From positions 1 through 64,000 of the IMG/VR virus record IMGVR_UViG_3300002026_000006: 64,000 nucleotides of DNA. The stretch is one strand, 5' to 3'. This document shows positions 18,566 through 28,483 of the stretch, piece by piece. The number at the start of each line of letters is the position of its first letter. Position 1 is the stretch's first letter. The DNA comes from a virus (Duplodnaviria; Caudoviricetes). The translations under genes were made by a program, and so were the position numbers. A model generated the notes under the pieces. That model was given only the letters and a program-made list of their open reading frames with translations. It was not told the origin of the DNA and did no database searches.

Positions 18566-19687
18566 TCATTCCATTATCATAAACTCAAACAAATATCCTG
18601 CGAATATCGATCCTTCTTTTTTTGCGATATTTTTTGAAAGTACGTCTGGACGTTTACCTTTTCCGTCATATGTCCATGTAGACTTAACCTCTATTATTTT
18701 ATTTAAAGATTTTATTAACATATCTGGATGATACACATGCCATTTATCATCACCAAAACCATCTGAAGATGACCAAAAATATTTAATCGATGGTCTGTTT
18801 ATTAAAATTATGTCATCCTCGATAACCCCATTGCTCAGTAAAAAGTCTAACGCTTTAGGCTCATATCCTTGTACATTATAAGTTTTACCAGATGGAAAAG
18901 TATATTTTTTGTTGGTTCTCCTATGAGACATTATTTTATCATGTATATCAGGAACTTGACTAGAGTAGCCAATGCCATATTTATCAATCATTCCTTGTGT
19001 AGTAACTCTTATTCCATTATCACCAATTATATTTGAAGCATTATAAACACCGTATTTTAAAAATATAGAATCGGTAGAACGACATCTGACTTCTTCTGAT
19101 TGCATAGGATGTTCTACTTGATGATTATGCAGGCAAGTTTCGATTTTCTTATCTTTAACCCAATCTAATTTACTAGGATTATCCGCTCCATATTTTTCAC
19201 TCATAGTATTTTTACATTTTGTAATACCATTTTCTCCTACAATAGTAACACAATACGGAGTCCCATATATTTTTTCTGCAGTTACTTCATACTTTCTTCT
19301 TCCATCCGAATCTCTAATGTCACATGTATTATATACTCCATAATTTTTAAATAGACTTTCTTTACATTTTAATATATTAGGGGCGTAATTTTTAGAACAT
19401 TTTATGCTACAACATTCTTTAAACCTATTTAATTTATGATAAAATTCTGTGCATTCTTCACCACAGACTAAACAATATTTTTTGGCATAATCACAATTAT
19501 CTATTCTATATACAATTTCTTGAGTTAAAATCGGTGGCTTCACAATACCATTGCGAATCAAAATTTTATTTATATACTTTACCGATGCTTTATGAATTTT
19601 ATATAAGTCAGAAATTTCTTTTTTATCATCAGACGATAAAAAAGATAAGTTGATTAAAAATTCTTGATAAATAGTTTCGCTGGTCAT
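18566..19687 (-). CDS. putative homing endonuclease: Cys4 zinc finger, KYGVxN repeats, C-terminal PD-(D/E)XK domain (cassette copy 3)
   Basis: CLVC..CCSIKC; KYGADN/KYGVYN repeats; QGYEP...YHPDMLIKSLNKIIEVKSTWT. Confidence 0.75.
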   Translation of the reverse strand: MTSETIYQEFLINLSFLSSDDKKEISDLYKIHKASVKYINKILIRNGIVKPPILTQEIVYRIDNCDYAKKYCLVCGEECTEFYHKLNRFKECCSIKCSKNYAPNILKCKESLFKNYGVYNTCDIRDSDGRRKYEVTAEKIYGTPYCVTIVGENGITKCKNTMSEKYGADNPSKLDWVKDKKIETCLHNHQVEHPMQSEEVRCRSTDSIFLKYGVYNASNIIGDNGIRVTTQGMIDKYGIGYSSQVPDIHDKIMSHRRTNKKYTFPSGKTYNVQGYEPKALDFLLSNGVIEDDIILINRPSIKYFWSSSDGFGDDKWHVYHPDMLIKSLNKIIEVKSTWTYDGKGKRPDVLSKNIAKKEGSIFAGYLFEFMIME

Positions 19688-19791
19688 ATAGACTCCTTAA
19701 CCTGGGTTGACTAGAGTCACTGGGTTTTATCAGAACCGCGAGTGACATTTTTGTTGACGCACCAGAATTTTTATGGTACAATACTATTTAG
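19667..19791. ncRNA. nuclease-associated structured cassette, copy 3 (with outward sigma70 promoter)
   Basis: ATAAATA 19667-73; GTCACT-G-GGTT-loop-AACC-GCG-AGTGAC; TTGACG 19754-59 + 17 + TACAAT 19777-82; minus-strand TAAATA 19785-90. Confidence 0.7.
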
Positions 19792-19821
19792 GGTTTTAGA
19801 ATTTTCACTTAAATCAAACAT

Positions 19822-20985
19822 ATGAATCAAAACAACCAAGCGTTAGAAAGCCTAGTAGTCTCTAGGATTTCACTTTTAATGAAATTTCCTTTTTTTGGAA
19901 ATTTAGCAACTAGACTTATTTTGGTTCCATCGACAGAAATAAAAACAGCAGCAACAGATGGTAGATCAATTCTTTTCAATGCTAATTTCATCAATTCACT
20001 AAAAAAAGATGAAATTAGTTTTGTAATTTTACATGAAGTTTTGCATTGTGTTTTAGAACATGTCGGGGTAGATTCTAGATTGATGGGTAGAGAACCTAAG
20101 CTTTGGAACATATCAACGGATATGGTAATAAATTTAATGTTAGTAGAACAAGGATTGAGTCTACCGACCACTGTGCCATGCCTGTATGACAAAAAATACA
20201 CCAATTGGGCAACCGAAGCAATTTATGATGACCTGATGCAAAAGTCAGATGGTGAACAAGAAAAATTAGCCGGTCAAGTTTTGGACGAACACCTTGAAGA
20301 CTCGGATGAAGGCGGTCCAGAAGGCACACAGATGACACCAGAACAGCGGCAGGCACTAAAAGACGATATTCGTGAGGCGATGATATCTGCTGCTCAGTCG
20401 TGTGATCCTAGCTCGATTCCAGCAGGTTTAAAACGTCTTATTTCTGAATTCACAGAACCAAAAATAGATTGGCGCGAACTGATTCAACAGCAAATCGAAT
20501 CTCAAGTAAAATTCGACTTTACTTATTCAAAGCCAAGTCGCAGGGGCGGCGGTATGGACGTTATTCTACCATCGACCAAAAAAGAGCCAGCCATTGAATG
20601 CACAATTGCCATTGATACGTCTGGCTCAATCACTGACAAAATGGTCAAAGAATTTCTCAGCGAAGTGAATGGTATTATGGGAATGTACACATCGTTCAAA
20701 GTTGCCGTAATGTGTTGGGATACTCAAGTCTATTCATATCAAGAATTTGATGAAAATAGCTCTGATGATTTGCTGTCTTATGAAATTGAAGGTGGTGGCG
20801 GTACAGATATTTCATGCGTCTTCAAATATTTTGAAGAAAATGAAATTACGCCAAAACAGCTTATTGTTTTCACTGACATGGAGCTTTTTGGTGGTTGGGG
20901 TGATTCTACTTTATGTGATACAATTTGGTTAGCAAAAGACTCAAATAAAATCGCACCTTATGGGATTACTATCAAGTTTGAATAA
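19822..20985 (+). CDS. DUF2201-like metallopeptidase plus vWA domain protein
   Basis: TAATDG, HEVLH (HExxH), WNISTD; DTSGSI MIDAS motif, GGGGTD. Confidence 0.85.
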   Translation: MNQNNQALESLVVSRISLLMKFPFFGNLATRLILVPSTEIKTAATDGRSILFNANFINSLKKDEISFVILHEVLHCVLEHVGVDSRLMGREPKLWNISTDMVINLMLVEQGLSLPTTVPCLYDKKYTNWATEAIYDDLMQKSDGEQEKLAGQVLDEHLEDSDEGGPEGTQMTPEQRQALKDDIREAMISAAQSCDPSSIPAGLKRLISEFTEPKIDWRELIQQQIESQVKFDFTYSKPSRRGGGMDVILPSTKKEPAIECTIAIDTSGSITDKMVKEFLSEVNGIMGMYTSFKVAVMCWDTQVYSYQEFDENSSDDLLSYEIEGGGGTDISCVFKYFEENEITPKQLIVFTDMELFGGWGDSTLCDTIWLAKDSNKIAPYGITIKFE

Positions 20986-21185
20986 TGATAGTTCCTCTTA
21001 CTATTAAGTGTGTGGAAAATGTGTGTGATAAATACCAAAATCATCCAGACGGAGTTTTACCTGCACTGATAAAAGAATTTGGGTGTCATATTGAAATCCG
21101 AAAAATCGAACCAAGAGAATCAGTGGAGTTGGATTTTTGGGAAGATGATAAAGCAATTTTATTTACACTAAAATACATGGGATAA
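20985..21185 (+). CDS. hypothetical protein
   Basis: coupled ORF. Confidence 0.5.
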   Translation: MIVPLTIKCVENVCDKYQNHPDGVLPALIKEFGCHIEIRKIEPRESVELDFWEDDKAILFTLKYMG

Positions 21186-21302
21186 TTAATTTATATGAAA
21201 GGCGTGTTATGATTTTAATGGACGTAGTTATTATTGGTTCTGCAGTAGTTTATGCACTGTGGATGTGGTCTGTATTCGTTAAAGCCAAGAAAGAATCTGA
21301 AA

Positions 21303-21956
21303 ATGAAAGTTAAATTAGTCGGGTACACTCAGCCAAGTGAGGAATTTAAAAATGATTTTTCTACGGTTAAAGACTTGGTTGCATTTTGTGCTAGGGTTTC
21401 AAATCCAAGTAATCAGTTTAATACTACAACATCAGATAAACTTATTGGGTATCTGATTAAACATAAGCACTGGAGTCCATTAGAAATGGCTTCAGCGACT
21501 GTAGAAATTGAAACAACTAGAGATATTGCTAGGCAGTTGCTGCGTCATCGAAGTTTTTCATTCCAAGAATTTAGTCAAAGATATGCAGACCCTACTAAAG
21601 ATTTGGATTTTGAATATCGTGATGCTAGATTACAAGATTTAAAGAATCGGCAAAATTCTATTGTTACCGATGATATTGTTTTGGACAAAGAATGGAAAGA
21701 AAAACAAAAAGAAATTTTGGATTTAGTAAAATCTAATTATCAATGGGCCATTGATAATGGAATTGCAAAAGAACAGGCTAGAGCTATTTTGCCAGAAGGT
21801 ATGACAAAATCTAGGCTTTATGTGTCTGGTACAATCAGGTCATATATTCACTATATAGAAGTAAGAACCGATGAATCTACTCAGTTAGAGCATCGTGAAT
21901 TAGCAGTTGCTGTCGCCGCTGCTATTAATAAAATTTTTTCGATAGGTACTAATTAG
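21303..21956 (+). CDS. thyX: flavin-dependent thymidylate synthase
   Basis: [32 protein letters not shown] motifs. Confidence 0.95.
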   Translation: MKVKLVGYTQPSEEFKNDFSTVKDLVAFCARVSNPSNQFNTTTSDKLIGYLIKHKHWSPLEMASATVEIETTRDIARQLLRHRSFSFQEFSQRYADPTKDLDFEYRDARLQDLKNRQNSIVTDDIVLDKEWKEKQKEILDLVKSNYQWAIDNGIAKEQARAILPEGMTKSRLYVSGTIRSYIHYIEVRTDESTQLEHRELAVAVAAAINKIFSIGTN

Positions 21957-22713
21957 TAGGCAAATCGTCAATCATTGCATACCAACCAATATATTTTCTA
22001 AATCTGTTTAATATGAAAGAATTTTTTTCTGTATAAATTCTTTCTCCATTATTTTTATAGGAAGCTTTTAATGCATTTGCTGGCAAATCATATAATGTAC
22101 AGGTTTTTGTAAAATTGCCTATACATGTATGCACCACATTATTACAATTATCGTAAATTAATATACCTTTTGCCTTACAAGAATTTGCTCCCGAGTTTTT
22201 CCCAATAAGAGAAATTGATATTTTTTTCTTCGTTTCTTCTGATCTAGGAACATTTTTATGTAAATTTAAAAGTTTTATTTTTAAATCTTCTGGCATTGTG
22301 CGCCCAAGACTATTCTTATTGCCAAGTTTACTTTTAGCCATTTTTTGTCGTGTTTGTAAAGAAACGATAACTGTTTTACCTGATGTGCCTTCACCCCCGT
22401 CTGTAAAATTGTGTAATATTCCGCTTTTAATATCAAACCTACCCCACCAATTTATCAACCTCCTTTCTAATGCAATTGAACCTAGTTCTGTCAGATTCTT
22501 TTCTATGATAATAATATTAAATTTATTTTTTGGTATTGGTAAATTACCGTGGTTATTCCAAGCACGGTAACCAGTACCCTTACCTATATAATATGGAGTT
22601 CCTGCTTTAGCAGTTTTTGAGTCTTTTGAACGAATGTAAGCATAAACGTAAAACCTTAATGGATTTGTTTTGTCTTTACTTTGGTTAACTAAATATTGTT
22701 TAATGCTGTGCAT
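21949..22713 (-). CDS. GIY-YIG homing endonuclease with NUMOD3 motifs (cassette copy 4)
   Basis: FYVYAY...PYYIGKG..RAW; [10 protein letters not shown]; NFTDGGEG; SEETKKKIS. Confidence 0.85.
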   Translation of the reverse strand: MHSIKQYLVNQSKDKTNPLRFYVYAYIRSKDSKTAKAGTPYYIGKGTGYRAWNNHGNLPIPKNKFNIIIIEKNLTELGSIALERRLINWWGRFDIKSGILHNFTDGGEGTSGKTVIVSLQTRQKMAKSKLGNKNSLGRTMPEDLKIKLLNLHKNVPRSEETKKKISISLIGKNSGANSCKAKGILIYDNCNNVVHTCIGNFTKTCTLYDLPANALKASYKNNGERIYTEKNSFILNRFRKYIGWYAMIDDLPTN

Positions 22714-22815
22714 AATAGCCTTTCGTTGGGTTGCATAGAGTCATTGGGTTTGTCGAGAACCGCGAGTGACATTTTTGTTGACGTACCAGAATTTTCGTGG
22801 TACAATTATATTTAT
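22689..22815. ncRNA. nuclease-associated structured cassette, copy 4 (with outward sigma70 promoter)
   Basis: TAAATA 22690-95; CTGTGCA/TGCATAG; GTCATT-G-GGTT-loop-AACC-GCG-AGTGAC; TTGACG 22778 + 17 + TACAAT 22801. Confidence 0.7.
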
Positions 22816-22963
22816 GGTTTTTAATTCTTTGATTTTTAACATGGCAATTATTATGCTAAAGCTTTGGGTAAAAAATCGTCAATTAATTTCAAAAATTTTC
22901 AAAATCGCGTAAAACTGCGTTATAATTCAGTCTGATCCAAAACAAACCCTAAAGGAATTTATC

Positions 22964-23116
22964 ATGTCTAAGCTCTATGCCGTTGTTTATGAAACTGCTT
23001 ACTCTTCCAAGACTCTTATGGTCGGTACTCGTAAAGAGTGCGAGTCGTTCATGAGCGAAAATTCTTTCTATGCTGATTTCGCTTTCATCCAAGAACTTGA
23101 AGAAGAGTATGCATGA
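22964..23116 (+). CDS. small hypothetical protein (50 aa)
   Basis: AAGGA RBS, promoter TATAAT-TCAGTCT at 22921. Confidence 0.6.
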   Translation: MSKLYAVVYETAYSSKTLMVGTRKECESFMSENSFYADFAFIQELEEEYA

Positions 23117-23385
23117 GTAATCTGGAACCTGGTTGTCTAGCAAGAATTATTAATTCTACCAATGGAACGCAGGGAGCGAGTGTTGGTAAAATTGTCCAAT
23201 GTCTAAATATTATTGGTCAACATTCACTATATGGTACTATCTGGGAAGTGTCCTCAAAAGATACTTTGGTTTCAGAATATGGTGGAGTTGGTAACAAGGT
23301 TCATGTTCCTGCAAAATGGCTAAAGAAAATTGAGCCGGGGGAACTTGATAAGAAAACCGAGAAAAAACTCGAATTGACACATTGA
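23113..23385 (+). CDS. hypothetical protein (SH3-like)
   Basis: PGCLARII...GKIVQC...KWLKKIEP. Confidence 0.65.
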   Translation: MSNLEPGCLARIINSTNGTQGASVGKIVQCLNIIGQHSLYGTIWEVSSKDTLVSEYGGVGNKVHVPAKWLKKIEPGELDKKTEKKLELTH

Positions 23386-23409
23386 TATTTAAAAAAGGAA
23401 AAATAAATA

Positions 23410-23613
23410 ATGTCTTCTGACCGCGAAATTCGCACTCATGGTGGTAAAGGGTCTTCACCACGTAAGCAAGCAAACTATGCAGCATTTGCTGAAAACTACG
23501 ATAAAATCTTTGAAAAGAAAAAAGATAAAAAGCGAGATAAAGTCGTGGCAAGGCTTGAAAAAGAAGCAGAAGCTTTAGACTTTTCCTTTGATGACTACAC
23601 CTACGAACCATGA
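23410..23613 (+). CDS. small hypothetical protein
   Basis: HGGKGSSPR...FAENYDKIF; AAGGA RBS. Confidence 0.65.
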   Translation: MSSDREIRTHGGKGSSPRKQANYAAFAENYDKIFEKKKDKKRDKVVARLEKEAEALDFSFDDYTYEP

Positions 23614-23957
23614 AAATGATGATCTAGAAGAATGGGAAAGGCTTTTACTTAAAAAGCTAAAAGCCATATACCGAAAATTGCCTCCAATTAAGTGTTGCAA
23701 AAACAACAACTGCAATTGCGAGGCTTTACTTTTTGATGTTAATCATGATGTGATTCATACGAAGTATGATATAATTGAGACTTCAACGAAAGATCAAAAA
23801 TGAACTTCTATATTGTTTACCTGTTAGCTGGAAAAGTTGTTGACGTGTGCGTCTATGATGATGAGTTTGTGCGTGATCAAATTTTCAATATGGAGTCTCC
23901 CAGTAGCTTTTACAAGTTTGATGATATCCAAAAGTTCAATCAAATCTAGGATTTAAA

Positions 23958-25109
23958 ATGTTTACAATGAATGAAGTGATTGAAGCCATTAAAGACAAGC
24001 CAGAATTTGTTCTGCGGTTGAAGGATGGTTATTGGAATGTCGATTACAATGTAGAATTTGAAACTACATTCCAAGGTCGGACTGAACGCGAAACAGAAAT
24101 TCTTCTGAATTGCCGTGGCACTTGTTTTGACTTAGATGGAAATATTTCTAGGTTGATGTATCGTAAGTTCAAAAATCTCGGACAAGGTTTCGGGTATCAA
24201 GCTGAAGATTTTGACTTCTCAAAGCCTCATCGAATTGAAGAAAAACTTGATGGAAGTTTAATTGCTCCTATTTTGATAACACAAAACGAATGGGTGCTTG
24301 GTACGAGGGCTGGAGCCACTGATGTCAGTAAGAAAGCCGATAATTACCTAGAAAATCTAAAGGTGTACAACACGAAAAAATGGCTACAATATGTAGACTT
24401 TATCCAAGTGTGTGCTTTTCTTGGTTACACTCCAATGTTTGAATATATTGGTCGAGACAACCGAATCGTTATCGATTATCCAGAATCTAAGTTGATTCTT
24501 CATGGTGTTCGCAACATGAAGAATGGTGAAATGATTTATGATTTGGAATCGTTCGTTTATCCATTTACTGAAATTGACTTGGTTAAAGTAGTCATTGATG
24601 AAAACACTCCTATGAATGAAATGGTATCCGCAGTTCAGCAATGGGACGGTGGTAAAGAAGGTGTAGTTGTAAAATTTGAAGATGGTCGATATTTCAAACA
24701 AAAAGGAATTGAGTACATCAAATTTCATTCTGCTATATCATCTATAGCACAAGAAAAACATCTTCTGAAATTAATTCTAGAAAACACTCTAGATGACGTT
24801 ATACCATTGCTACAAAAAGATCGTCAAGAATCTGTTTTAAAATATTCGGATTCGGTCAATCATTTTCTGTCTCTACACAATACTCGATTGCAGTTTGAAT
24901 ATGCTTCTGCTGTTGCAAAGTGTGGTAAGAATCGCAAAGAATTTGCCGAAATAGCCAAAGAAATTCCAATATACACAATGGGAATGTTTAAACTTTTCGA
25001 TGGTAAGGATTTTTCGTTTGCTGAATTTGCGTTGAAAAAATGTGGGTCGTCTACCGATGTAGAATCTGTTCGTTGGTTGATCGGGCCAAGCATAGAAACA
25101 TTCCAATAA
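23958..25109 (+). CDS. rnlA: RNA ligase 1 (T4 RnlA family)
   Basis: NCRG, KFKNL, motif I EEKLDGSLI, FEYIG, EGVVV, KQKG. Confidence 0.9.
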   Translation: MFTMNEVIEAIKDKPEFVLRLKDGYWNVDYNVEFETTFQGRTERETEILLNCRGTCFDLDGNISRLMYRKFKNLGQGFGYQAEDFDFSKPHRIEEKLDGSLIAPILITQNEWVLGTRAGATDVSKKADNYLENLKVYNTKKWLQYVDFIQVCAFLGYTPMFEYIGRDNRIVIDYPESKLILHGVRNMKNGEMIYDLESFVYPFTEIDLVKVVIDENTPMNEMVSAVQQWDGGKEGVVVKFEDGRYFKQKGIEYIKFHSAISSIAQEKHLLKLILENTLDDVIPLLQKDRQESVLKYSDSVNHFLSLHNTRLQFEYASAVAKCGKNRKEFAEIAKEIPIYTMGMFKLFDGKDFSFAEFALKKCGSSTDVESVRWLIGPSIETFQ

Positions 25110-25561
25110 TGATAAAAAAATCATTGGATAGAATGTATTCTCTACAGCAGAATAATCTAAAACATTACATCAGAATCATCGATCATTTTGTTGCTTGTAT
25201 TAAAAGGCAAGGTAAAGGGTGTAATGTAAAAGATCATGGTGCGGCATATTACAACAACAATGATAAATCATTTGACCCATTTGGTATGACGTTGGGGTTT
25301 GAGGCTATCAGAAAACATTATGGTCTGATATCTGCAGAAGAGCAGAAGCCTCTGATCCAAAAAATGTCAAGGAAATTTAAAGTAAACTGTGAGACTGATA
25401 AAGAATATTCCTCTTTTGTTATATTCTTGCAAGAGTTGCAAGATATTCACGATTTCTCGTTTGACCAATACTACAGTGTCGATGGTGACAGGATGCTAAA
25501 TTATTTTAATAAAATGAAGGAAATTAAGGAAAAATGTACAAATTTACTGGATACACAATAA
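25109..25561 (+). CDS. hypothetical protein
   Basis: FLQELQDIHD; start probably at the MIKKS ATG. Confidence 0.55.
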   Translation: MIKKSLDRMYSLQQNNLKHYIRIIDHFVACIKRQGKGCNVKDHGAAYYNNNDKSFDPFGMTLGFEAIRKHYGLISAEEQKPLIQKMSRKFKVNCETDKEYSSFVIFLQELQDIHDFSFDQYYSVDGDRMLNYFNKMKEIKEKCTNLLDTQ

Positions 25562-25717
25562 AAGTAGGTGGCGACTCAACTAACATTTTTGCCAAATCAA
25601 AAAGTGCGGTTATTGAGATTGCTAATCAAAATAATCTTCAGACGTATGATATAATTCAGTTGTTCAGGTTTGAGCAACAGGCTTACGTTGAGCCTAAAAT
25701 TAACACAGAGGAAAATA

Positions 25718-26158
25718 ATGAAACTAATTCGCAAATCGGTATTTGAGACAAACTCGTCATCTACTCATTCTATTTCTGTCGGAAATTCTGATGTGTTTGA
25801 TGGTATAACACCAGACTATACGAATAAGATTGAACTGGAGCCTATGGAATTTGGTTGGGGCGAAGAACATTTTCAAGATGTTGAATCTAGGCTTGCTTAT
25901 GTGTATCTCTACATCAGAGATTGGACAGGCCAAGTTGAAAAAATTATGTTCAAAGAAATGTTTGATCAAGTTGTAAAAGCGCATACTGGAGCAGATGAAA
26001 TTACAATGATATCTCGCGGAGAATATGATAGAGGATATATTGACCACCAATCGGTTGAAGATGCAAATTTACATTTTCTGTTTTCTGATCCAGCCACTTT
26101 AAAATCATTTTTATTCGATTCCTCGTCTTGGGTAAAAACGGATAACGACAACCACTAA
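25718..26158 (+). CDS. conserved phage protein with FETNSSSTHS motif
   Basis: MKLIRKSVFETNSSSTHSIS...GYIDHQS. Confidence 0.8.
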   Translation: MKLIRKSVFETNSSSTHSISVGNSDVFDGITPDYTNKIELEPMEFGWGEEHFQDVESRLAYVYLYIRDWTGQVEKIMFKEMFDQVVKAHTGADEITMISRGEYDRGYIDHQSVEDANLHFLFSDPATLKSFLFDSSSWVKTDNDNH

Positions 26159-26162
26159 AATC

Positions 26163-27053
26163 ATGCTGAATTTTCCATACAACTATGAAAATGGCAATGC
26201 CAAAATTTATATCGCTTCTGATGGCACAAGAGAAATCGAGTGTGATGGCGATCTAAAATTAGACTACCCATTGAACATTGATGTTAGGCTGTCTCGTAGA
26301 TGCTCTTATGGGATGAATCCAAATGGAAAATCAGTATGCGATTTTTGCCACGAATCTGCGACAACAGATGGAAAAGATGCCACGTTAGCTGATATTAGGA
26401 CTGCCTTAGATTATTTTGATGATCTGCCAAGAGGCACAGAAATTGCCGTTGGCATAAACCAATTCACAGACGCTACAGAGTATTTTTTGAATTCGTGTCA
26501 TGCCTCAGAATTTATTGTTAATGCTACTGTGAATCAAGGGCATGTTAGAAAGAATTTGGATGTCATACGTTGTCATATTTCAAAAGGAACTATCAACGGG
26601 TTAGGAATTTCTTATCGCGCACATGCACAAGACATTCCAGACGAATTGTTGGAATATAAAAATATGGTAGTGCATGTCATTGCTGGCATTGACTCCATTG
26701 ATGAAATTAAAGAATTGGCAGCAAAAGGGGTTAAGAAACTTTTGGTCCTTGGTGAAAAAGATTTTGGGTTTAATTTCGGTAAAGTTAAGTTAGTGTCAGA
26801 ATCACATAGAGATTGGTACAAACGGGTTCATGAAATTTTCAAGCTATTTGATGTAGTTTCATTTGACAATTTAGCTCTTGAGCAACTGAACATTAAAAGG
26901 TTTGTTAAAGATTGGGACACAATGTACCAGCATGAGTTTTCTTTTTATGTCAACATAGTGGACGGAACATTTTCACCTTCATCTAGGTCTAACGATGTTG
27001 TTTCTATGATGAATATCAAAGAATATTTCCAAAATCATATCTGTGTGCGATGA
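26163..27053 (+). CDS. radical SAM protein with expanded C-x11-CxxC motif
   Basis: LNIDVRLSRRC-SYGMNPNGKSV-CDFCHES; GLGISY; FDNLALEQL. Confidence 0.8.
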   Translation: MLNFPYNYENGNAKIYIASDGTREIECDGDLKLDYPLNIDVRLSRRCSYGMNPNGKSVCDFCHESATTDGKDATLADIRTALDYFDDLPRGTEIAVGINQFTDATEYFLNSCHASEFIVNATVNQGHVRKNLDVIRCHISKGTINGLGISYRAHAQDIPDELLEYKNMVVHVIAGIDSIDEIKELAAKGVKKLLVLGEKDFGFNFGKVKLVSESHRDWYKRVHEIFKLFDVVSFDNLALEQLNIKRFVKDWDTMYQHEFSFYVNIVDGTFSPSSRSNDVVSMMNIKEYFQNHICVR

Positions 27054-27103
27054 ATATCATGTGAAGCATGATATAATTGAGACTTCAAATAAACGAGGAT
27101 TAA

Positions 27104-28165
27104 ATGATGATTAAATTTGGATCGATTGAGCAATTTAGGTCAACGATTAAAGCAGTAGAAGCTCGCACTCGATGGGCCGGCGTTGATGAAAACGGTGATG
27201 CTATTTTTGATAGAACTCGTGTCCTACCGACATTAGCTTACAAAGGTACAGTTAAGCTGCATGGTACTAATGCAAGTTTTGTTTATGACGTTGCCACAGA
27301 CACAATTTCGTATCAGTCACGTGAGCGAGTTTTGTCACTTACGCAGGACAACGCAGGGTTTATGTTGTTCATGATGCAACACGAACCAAAACTGAAAGAA
27401 ATTGCCAAAACATTTTTGGGGGGTGCGACAGTAGATAAAGTTGTTGTCTATGGTGAGTGGTGCGGTGGGTCAATTCAAAAGGGTGTCGCTATCAGCGGAT
27501 TGCCAAAAATGTTTGTTATCTTTGCTTGTAAGCTTCGTGATGGAGTCGATACAGAAGATGATGTAAGCGGTTCATGGGTTTCGGTTGAAAACTTTGTTAA
27601 TAATGTTGATCACGACATTAACATCTACAACATTCACGAATTTCAAACATTCACTCTAGATATTGACTTTGAAAATCCACACGAAGCTCAAAACAAAATG
27701 ATTGCTATTACTGAACAGGTTGAAACAGAATGTCCAGTAGGAAAACATTTCGGTCGAGTTTTTGGTACATATAATTCTACGGGTGAAGGTGTCGTTTGGA
27801 AACCTGTTGATCCTACATGGTCATCACAAAAATACATGTTCAAGGTGAAGGGTTGTCTGCACAGCGCATCTAGAGTTAAAACACTTGCTGCCGTTGATGT
27901 TGATGCTATCAATTCTCTGAAAGAGTTTGTCGAGTCTACAGTAACAGAAAATCGAATGGAGCAAATGTTAGATGTAATGCAACGCGAAAAAATGCTTACG
28001 TTTGATATGAAAAACCTCGGAGAGTTTATTCGGTTGGTTTACAATGATGTGGTTAAAGAAGAATCTGACACTATCATTGAAAATCAGTTTGATCCTAAAA
28101 AGTTGGGCGGTCCTATTGCTGATGTTGCTAGGAAATGGTACATTACAAAGTACAATGCGCAGTGA
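27104..28165 (+). CDS. RNA ligase 2 family
   Basis: motif I TVKLHGTNA, VYGEWCG, GEGVVW, FKVKG. Confidence 0.88.
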   Translation: MMIKFGSIEQFRSTIKAVEARTRWAGVDENGDAIFDRTRVLPTLAYKGTVKLHGTNASFVYDVATDTISYQSRERVLSLTQDNAGFMLFMMQHEPKLKEIAKTFLGGATVDKVVVYGEWCGGSIQKGVAISGLPKMFVIFACKLRDGVDTEDDVSGSWVSVENFVNNVDHDINIYNIHEFQTFTLDIDFENPHEAQNKMIAITEQVETECPVGKHFGRVFGTYNSTGEGVVWKPVDPTWSSQKYMFKVKGCLHSASRVKTLAAVDVDAINSLKEFVESTVTENRMEQMLDVMQREKMLTFDMKNLGEFIRLVYNDVVKEESDTIIENQFDPKKLGGPIADVARKWYITKYNAQ

Positions 28166-28198
28166 GTTATACTGAAGTTTAAAAAAGTTAGTATAACT

Positions 28199-28483
28199 AT
28201 GAACAAAATTCACACCCAAAGATTTGAAGCAGCAAAGGCGCTGTTTCAAAAACTTATTGACATTCCAGACGATTATAGAATTTTTTATTGTGGCGATATC
28301 ATACAAAAAAGTTCTATCAAAATAACCGACAAGACAATCTTGGTCTGGATTAATGCTAATTGTATGGAAACATGGTTTGAATATGATCCAAGTTGGGATC
28401 ATGGTGTTTACTCTACAATAAAAGAGTATGAAAAGCTCGTTAGAGATTCGTTTAAAGTTGTAAAATTTATGGAGAACTGGTGA
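28199..28483 (+). CDS. hypothetical protein
   Basis: ORF in operon. Confidence 0.6.
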   Translation: MNKIHTQRFEAAKALFQKLIDIPDDYRIFYCGDIIQKSSIKITDKTILVWINANCMETWFEYDPSWDHGVYSTIKEYEKLVRDSFKVVKFMENW

